From Methanobacteriota archaeon (GTDB lineage Archaea; Thermoplasmatota; Poseidoniia; Poseidoniales; Thalassarchaeaceae): a DNA stretch of 64,000 nucleotides. Shown here in pieces: positions 59,148 to 64,000 of this stretch. The DNA is taken from the NCBI GenBank assembly GCA_011523055.1, contig WTHQ01000039.1:12263-76262 (forward strand), in the 5' to 3' direction. How positions within the stretch are numbered: the stretch's first letter is position 1; every line of letters starts with the position of its first letter. Both the position numbers and the translations under genes were made by a program. The notes under the pieces were generated by a model. It made no database searches. It was not told the origin of the DNA and was given only the letters and a program-made list of their open reading frames with translations.

Positions 59148-59775
59148 ATATAGCTTGAAGGCGAAGCTTTCTGCGGAGTTCATAGGTACATTCTTTCTTT
59201 GCTTTGCAATAAATATCACTGCCATACACGGCATTGTATCTGAATATGCTCCTTATGTCATTTCCTTTGTCCTGATGTCAATGATTTACACAACGAGTTT
59301 TATCTCAGGCGCCCATTTCAATCCTGTCGTAACTCTCGCTTTGTGGCTCAGGGGTGCCTGCCACGGAAAGGAGGTCCTGCCGTACATCGTGACCCAGATG
59401 ACTGCTGGCGTATTTGCGTCTACTCTTTCTGGACATCTGATGATGGTTCAATCAACTACTGTTGAATTGGTTATTGAGGCATTGCCTGCATTCTCTGCGG
59501 AGTTATTCTTCACATTCGCACTTGTGTCGGTAATCCTTGGGGTTGCAACCGTTGAGGCAACTTCCGACAATGTATACTTCGGTGCTGCCATTTCCCTTGT
59601 AGTACTTGTAGGGGCGCTGAGCGTGGGAGATATCTCATGGGCTTCATTCAATCCCGCTGTTACCGGTGCCCTGGTAATCTCTGGGGCAATGAAGATGGGT
59701 GACTCCTGGGTGCATATAGTCCCCCAGATCATTGGGTCGCTTTCTGCAGTCTATCTTTTCAGAGACATAAAATAG
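59140..59775 (+). CDS. MIP-family channel (aquaporin) with NPV/NPAV motifs
   Basis: AEFIGTF, ISGAHFNPVVT, AELFFTF, SFNPAV. Confidence 0.92.
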   Translation: MTEYSLKAKLSAEFIGTFFLCFAINITAIHGIVSEYAPYVISFVLMSMIYTTSFISGAHFNPVVTLALWLRGACHGKEVLPYIVTQMTAGVFASTLSGHLMMVQSTTVELVIEALPAFSAELFFTFALVSVILGVATVEATSDNVYFGAAISLVVLVGALSVGDISWASFNPAVTGALVISGAMKMGDSWVHIVPQIIGSLSAVYLFRDIK

Positions 59776-59889
59776 CCGATTTGGTCCTTGGGTCGACTTT
59801 CAAATCAATTTAGTAATGACATGTTTTGACATGGGACAAGTGTTTCATACCCATATACCAGGGGGCATTTGATGCAACAGGCTCATTCA

Positions 59890-60786
59890 ATGAGGAAGCT
59901 AATGGGTTTGGCACTGGCGGGTGCGACATTAATCTCCTTTGCGCCGATGATGTATTCACTATCAAACACAAATCCGCTGACTGGCGCATTTTTCAGAATG
60001 CTCTATGCGTTGCCTTTCTTGTGGTTCCTAACCGTTGTTTGGACCTCAGAGGACAAGCGAGTGGGGCGCGAGAAATGGTTTGCATTTGCTGCTGGCATTA
60101 TTTTAGCATTCGATTTTATCTCATATCACAGTGCAATTGACTGGGTTGGGACGGGAATCGCGACACTAATTGGGAACTCACAGGTCATCATCGTGACCAT
60201 TGCTAGTTGGTGGTTATTCGGGGAGAGGCCGAACAAAGCCATACTTTTTGCCCTGCCCGTGGTAATATTTGGCCTATTTTTTATCTCAGGTCTTACTGAT
60301 TCGTCCGCATACGGGACCAATCCTCGCTTGGGGGTCATCGCAGGAGTTTTCACCGCTTTGTTCTACTCCTTGTTTCTAATTGCATACAGATATGCGAATA
60401 AGTCACTTTCTCCCGCATCCAGCCTTCAACTGGAGGCAACTGCAGGTGGTGCGTTGGGCCTCCTCGTCATGGGTCTCCTCCCACTACAAGGACTGGAGAT
60501 AGAGCCGATTGATTTCTCCCCCAGCTATCCATCTCACGCATGGTTACTATTGCTTGCAATCTTATGTCAGTCAGTTGGATGGGTAGCAATTACCTACTCT
60601 TTGCCTCGCCTACCTGCAGCTCATACCTCCTTCGCCATTCTTGTTCAGCCAGTACTAACGATTGTCTGGGGTGTATTGCTATTGGGGGAGGATCCGTCTT
60701 TTCAGCAAAAAATCGGAATGGCCCTAATTCTATTGGCTGTTATCTCTGTCACAGTAATGGGTGCGGTCGAGGCTGAAACAGAGTGA
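59890..60786 (+). CDS. DMT/EamA family transporter
   Basis: About 10 TM in two repeats; AFFRM, LFGERP, QPV...LLGE. Confidence 0.9.
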   Translation: MRKLMGLALAGATLISFAPMMYSLSNTNPLTGAFFRMLYALPFLWFLTVVWTSEDKRVGREKWFAFAAGIILAFDFISYHSAIDWVGTGIATLIGNSQVIIVTIASWWLFGERPNKAILFALPVVIFGLFFISGLTDSSAYGTNPRLGVIAGVFTALFYSLFLIAYRYANKSLSPASSLQLEATAGGALGLLVMGLLPLQGLEIEPIDFSPSYPSHAWLLLLAILCQSVGWVAITYSLPRLPAAHTSFAILVQPVLTIVWGVLLLGEDPSFQQKIGMALILLAVISVTVMGAVEAETE

Positions 60787-60926
60787 ATATCAGGGTGTAC
60801 AGGGTGGAGACACAAGCGAGGGGATGGGATGCACTCAGCGAGAACCTCCGTTCCCTGTACGGTTACCGAACTTGTTCAGACATTCATAACTCTTGTGAAT
60901 AGCATGGGGCGGGGAGATAACCGAAA

Positions 60927-61937
60927 TCATTCCACGGTAAGGACCTCGGCACCACTCTCACTCATCCAAACAGTGTGTTCAAACTGTGCCACATTTCCTC
61001 TGTCAACACATCTCAGAGCCGAATAGGATTCCAGGAACCTAATGCTAGTCAGTTTTCGAATGAGTGCATTCCATTTTTTCCTTATTCCCTCTGGGTCCTC
61101 TCCCGGGAATGGCTTCTCGAGCAGGGAATAAGCCCACCTCTCTGCGAAAGGAAGTGTTGAATATCGCTCTTCGATATATCTTGCCATAGTCGCGCCCAGG
61201 GGTTTGAGTTTCTTCTTTGCTACTGCCTTCCGAATGCTGATGTTGCCCGTTACTCTGTGTATGTTTGAAGATGTTGAGGGTTGTATGTCCTCTATCTTTC
61301 CAGACTTTCCAGTTGTATTGAATGGTTCGATGGCATAAAATGCGCCTACTTCGGGGCCCCCCTTAAATGCCTGATTCGCCTTACCACAATCGTATGATGG
61401 GACTGAGACTCCGGCGTGTAGGTTCCATTTCTCCAATTTATGCCCGCATAAATTTGTCACAGGTTGAAAACCTGCGTCGGAGTGAACTTGATCTGCGGCA
61501 GCTCCGATTTCAGTCCACGTGTTTCCGGGTGTCATAGCTTCAATTTGCGCGTCTCTCGCTTCTCTAGCCGCGCGAATTTGATCGGTATGGTCTCCACCAC
61601 CGCCGACTTCTACAGTGAGGGCATTGTCAGCGAGAGCACCTTTGATGTGGACTCCAACGTCCAATTTGACAAGGTCTCCTTTCTTGAATACCATGTCTTC
61701 CTCATAGCCCTCCGGTTTTGTGAGGATTGAGTTCGTAGTGTAGTGCGCTGCGATATCGTTTACTGATATTGTAACTGGGAATGCAGGAGTTCCCCCATGT
61801 CGTCTGATAAACCTCTCAGCGGAGTCAATCAGGTCATCCCAGGCCTTGCCAGCAACTATCTCTCCCTTTATCCCCTCAATAGTCCTGCGAGCGACGTGTC
61901 CTGCGTCTTTCCAGAATTTTATGTCAGCTTCTTCCAC
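60927..61937 (-). CDS. map: Methionine aminopeptidase type II
   Basis: AFPV, AAHYT, KLDVGVH, DNA, NLCGH, AIEPF, QFEHT. Confidence 0.95.
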   Translation of the reverse strand: MEEADIKFWKDAGHVARRTIEGIKGEIVAGKAWDDLIDSAERFIRRHGGTPAFPVTISVNDIAAHYTTNSILTKPEGYEEDMVFKKGDLVKLDVGVHIKGALADNALTVEVGGGGDHTDQIRAAREARDAQIEAMTPGNTWTEIGAAADQVHSDAGFQPVTNLCGHKLEKWNLHAGVSVPSYDCGKANQAFKGGPEVGAFYAIEPFNTTGKSGKIEDIQPSTSSNIHRVTGNISIRKAVAKKKLKPLGATMARYIEERYSTLPFAERWAYSLLEKPFPGEDPEGIRKKWNALIRKLTSIRFLESYSALRCVDRGNVAQFEHTVWMSESGAEVLTVE

Positions 61938-62521
61938 GCTTCAATCACCCTATTCTCTGGAATAATTCCCTCTCTCAATATCTCTGGCCGCCGAGGCCCA
62001 CTTGGTATGATCTCAGAGGGATAAGATATCAAAGTACTGGGTGCTCCTCCCTTGCACAAGCCATCAATCCAGTGCACTCCCTCAGCCAACCCGCCTAATT
62101 CCTTGGCAGCCAATTTGGATGAATTATGGGGTTTTTTTCCGCTTTCGTTTGCGCTAGTTGCGGTCAGAGGTCCTGTATGATTGACGAGTTTCCTGGCCAG
62201 GGGGTGGTCAAGTATCCTAATTGCGATCCCATTCGATCCAAGTCGGTCGTCGTAAGTTCTCTTCGGTGGTAGTACGACAGTTATAGAGCCTCTTGGGAAG
62301 TATTGCAAGAAAATTTGGAGGTTTTCCGGGATGACTACGAACTCCGACGCTTGCATTAGTGATGAGACTCCCAGCGATACTGGCTTGTCAGCTGACCTCT
62401 TCTTCAGATTGAAAAGTAGGTCGAGTGCATTCTTATTGGGCAGACTTCCAACGGCCGGTTGGGTTGATGTGGGATATACGCATAGTTTGCCTGACTTAAT
62501 CCAGTCTACCTGTTCCAGCAT
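61919..62521 (-). CDS. tsaC: Threonylcarbamoyl-AMP synthase, short TsaC/YrdC type
   Basis: YPT, LKKR..DKP, IAIR, TATSANESG, PST, ILREG; no SUA5 C-terminal domain. Confidence 0.82.
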   Translation of the reverse strand: MLEQVDWIKSGKLCVYPTSTQPAVGSLPNKNALDLLFNLKKRSADKPVSLGVSSLMQASEFVVIPENLQIFLQYFPRGSITVVLPPKRTYDDRLGSNGIAIRILDHPLARKLVNHTGPLTATSANESGKKPHNSSKLAAKELGGLAEGVHWIDGLCKGGAPSTLISYPSEIIPSGPRRPEILREGIIPENRVIEAWKKLT

Positions 62522-62525
62522 TTAT

Positions 62526-63107
62526 TCACCTCAGATGGCGCCTTAGTGCCGGTGGGAGTGAATTGGAAATGACCACTATCGAGCCGATTCGTCTGTCCAG
62601 ATTAGACTGATGGGTGTGTCTTTGCCTTATTCTCTGGATTTCATACGCTGCGTGGTATAGATTGTAGAGGGGGATTAGGAATAGTAACTTCCCCATGCTT
62701 CTCTTGTCCCACATGTTGCTGGTCATCTCTGAACCATCCTCCGCAACGATGGCAATTGAGAACATCCTCTGGCCGAGGGATCTTGAAAATATGATGCCTG
62801 TTGCCCTAAAATACAACCATGTCGAGAATGAAAGTATCAGGAGCATCGCAATCCAATAATGGACATCGGGACTTGGGATTAGCCTTAGGTTCCACGCATC
62901 GAATATTCGACCCCTTGTAGCGATAGTTAGTATTGCCAACAACAGCGTCATGTCTATGACAAGTGCTCCCGCTCTCCTGCCTGCACCTGCCAGAATAGTG
63001 CCCTCTGGCATCGGCCAGTTTGATTTTTCTTGCTCTGCCAGTGCTTGCTTTGCTGGATTTGTTCCGGAGTTATGTATCCTAATCGGACTGGAGTGAGTGT
63101 CGGACAC
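62526..63107 (-). CDS. RDD family membrane protein
   Basis: AG.GRRAGALVID, SLGQRMFSIAIV..DG, Q..LDR.IGSIV. Confidence 0.8.
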   Translation of the reverse strand: MSDTHSSPIRIHNSGTNPAKQALAEQEKSNWPMPEGTILAGAGRRAGALVIDMTLLLAILTIATRGRIFDAWNLRLIPSPDVHYWIAMLLILSFSTWLYFRATGIIFSRSLGQRMFSIAIVAEDGSEMTSNMWDKRSMGKLLFLIPLYNLYHAAYEIQRIRQRHTHQSNLDRRIGSIVVISNSLPPALRRHLR

Positions 63108-63221
63108 GTTTGAATGCTAACGCCATTTGTCTCTGAAGGTTTGGTTGCGGCCACGCTCCAATTCGCAAACGACCATGAATAGACATTAAACCAACAATAA
63201 GTTCGGTTAGGTTCGGTTGCT

Positions 63222-64000
63222 ATGTTCTTTGGGCGTGGTAAGAGGTCCAAAGCAAAGGTAGCGTGTCCCCTTTGCGAGCAGCAAAATGACGAGGGTCACA
63301 CAGACTGCATTAGGTGTGGATACAAGCTAGGACGCAGTGGGAATCATCAGCAGGGATCTTATGTCGAACAACAGACCAGTGACATATTTTCAGCACTTAT
63401 GGAGGAAGACGAGGAGGAGCTCGAGAGTCCCATGGTAGATTGGAGCCAGACAACGTTCACCATGGATGACGTGACGATCGAGGTTTCACAGTACAATGAT
63501 GATGGAGAAGTAAGCCTCTCCTCGACTCCTAAATTTGCCTCAAAGTATGATGAAATGCCTGATGATGCAAAGAATATCATTCCATCAAATTTCAACCATG
63601 GAACAAAGGAAACCGGAGTGATTGAAGAGTTGGAATCGGAAGGTAATCTGCAGAAGTCGGAAGAAGAAGTCGTGGAAGGGGGCCCACCCCTGGTGGAGGT
63701 CCATGAGGAAGAGGAAGATGAGGAGCTGGACACGTCTGAGGAAGAGGCCGTGGAAGAGGACCTGCCCCTGGTGGAGGTCCATGAGGAAGAGGCCATTGAA
63801 GAGGACCTGCCCCTGGTGGGGGCCATCCCAGATGAGGACCTGCCCCTGGTGGGGGCCATCCCAGATGAGGACCTGCCCCTGGTGGGGGCAGTCCCTGATT
63901 ACAGCGAATCTATAACCCAGGTGGAACATGGTAAAGATGGTCCGAATGACACAGAAAACGAGTTGTTGAAAAGAACAGAGCTAGATCCGACACCGGACAT
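63222..64000 (+). CDS. Zinc-ribbon protein with long acidic low-complexity region (runs off window)
   Basis: Translated by hand: MFFGRGKRSKAKVACPLCEQQNDEGHTDCIRCGYKL... then E/D-rich; not in ORF track because no stop in window. Confidence 0.75.
   Translation, partial: MFFGRGKRSKAKVACPLCEQQNDEGHTDCIRCGYKLGRSGNHQQGSYVEQQTSDIFSALMEEDEEELESPMVDWSQTTFTMDDVTIEVSQYNDDGEVSLSSTPKFASKYDEMPDDAKNIIPSNFNHGTKETGVIEELESEGNLQKSEEEVVEGGPPLVEVHEEEEDEELDTSEEEAVEEDLPLVEVHEEEAIEEDLPLVGAIPDEDLPLVGAIPDEDLPLVGAVPDYSESITQVEHGKDGPNDTENELLKRTELDPTPD
63756..63899 (+). repeat. In-frame coding tandem repeat (33-nt unit, EDLPLVGAIPD)
   Basis: Two identical units at 63801 and 63834, near-identical at 63867, 45-nt variant at 63756. 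Confidence 0.9.

Noticed and set aside
63756-63899. Tandem repeats as CRISPR
   Set aside because: No unique spacers; unit lengths are multiples of three within an open frame
63359-63929. Ser/Arg-rich repeat ORFs on the minus strand and in an alternate frame
   Set aside because: Shadows of the acidic plus-strand CDS starting at 63222

Overview
Gene-dense core-genome segment of an archaeon. Gene content (PolD DP2, PriL, archaeal DnaG, uS13-uS4-uS11-RpoD, PoK/PPS, MptE, Pcc1) mixed with bacterial-type genes (ATP-PCK, MaeB, CspA, RNase HI, BolA/Grx4, ABC-F, GcvH) points to Marine Group II Euryarchaeota (Ca. Poseidoniales); this assignment is inference. It holds about 62 CDS and one tRNA-Cys, with no CRISPR, transposase or integrase visible. 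Many genes appear leaderless, with a degenerate TATA about 27-31 nt upstream of the ATG. The two most striking items are adjacent. (1) An 800-bp ORF-free gap (51848-52645) looks like an independently transcribed, about 600-660 nt, highly structured RNA on the minus strand that I cannot match to RNase P, SRP, rRNA or an intron. (2) A class II fumarase carries an N-terminal ribbon-helix-helix domain, and an inverted repeat straddles its own TATA box, suggesting a PutA-like autoregulatory enzyme. Also notable: a SpeD-like plus bacterial-type DHS-like operon, a CDIN1/C15orf41-like nuclease, a sensor-less HTH-STAND protein, a BolA-Grx4-atypical aquaporin operon, structured leaders for dnaG and rps13, and a missed 29-aa membrane peptide.
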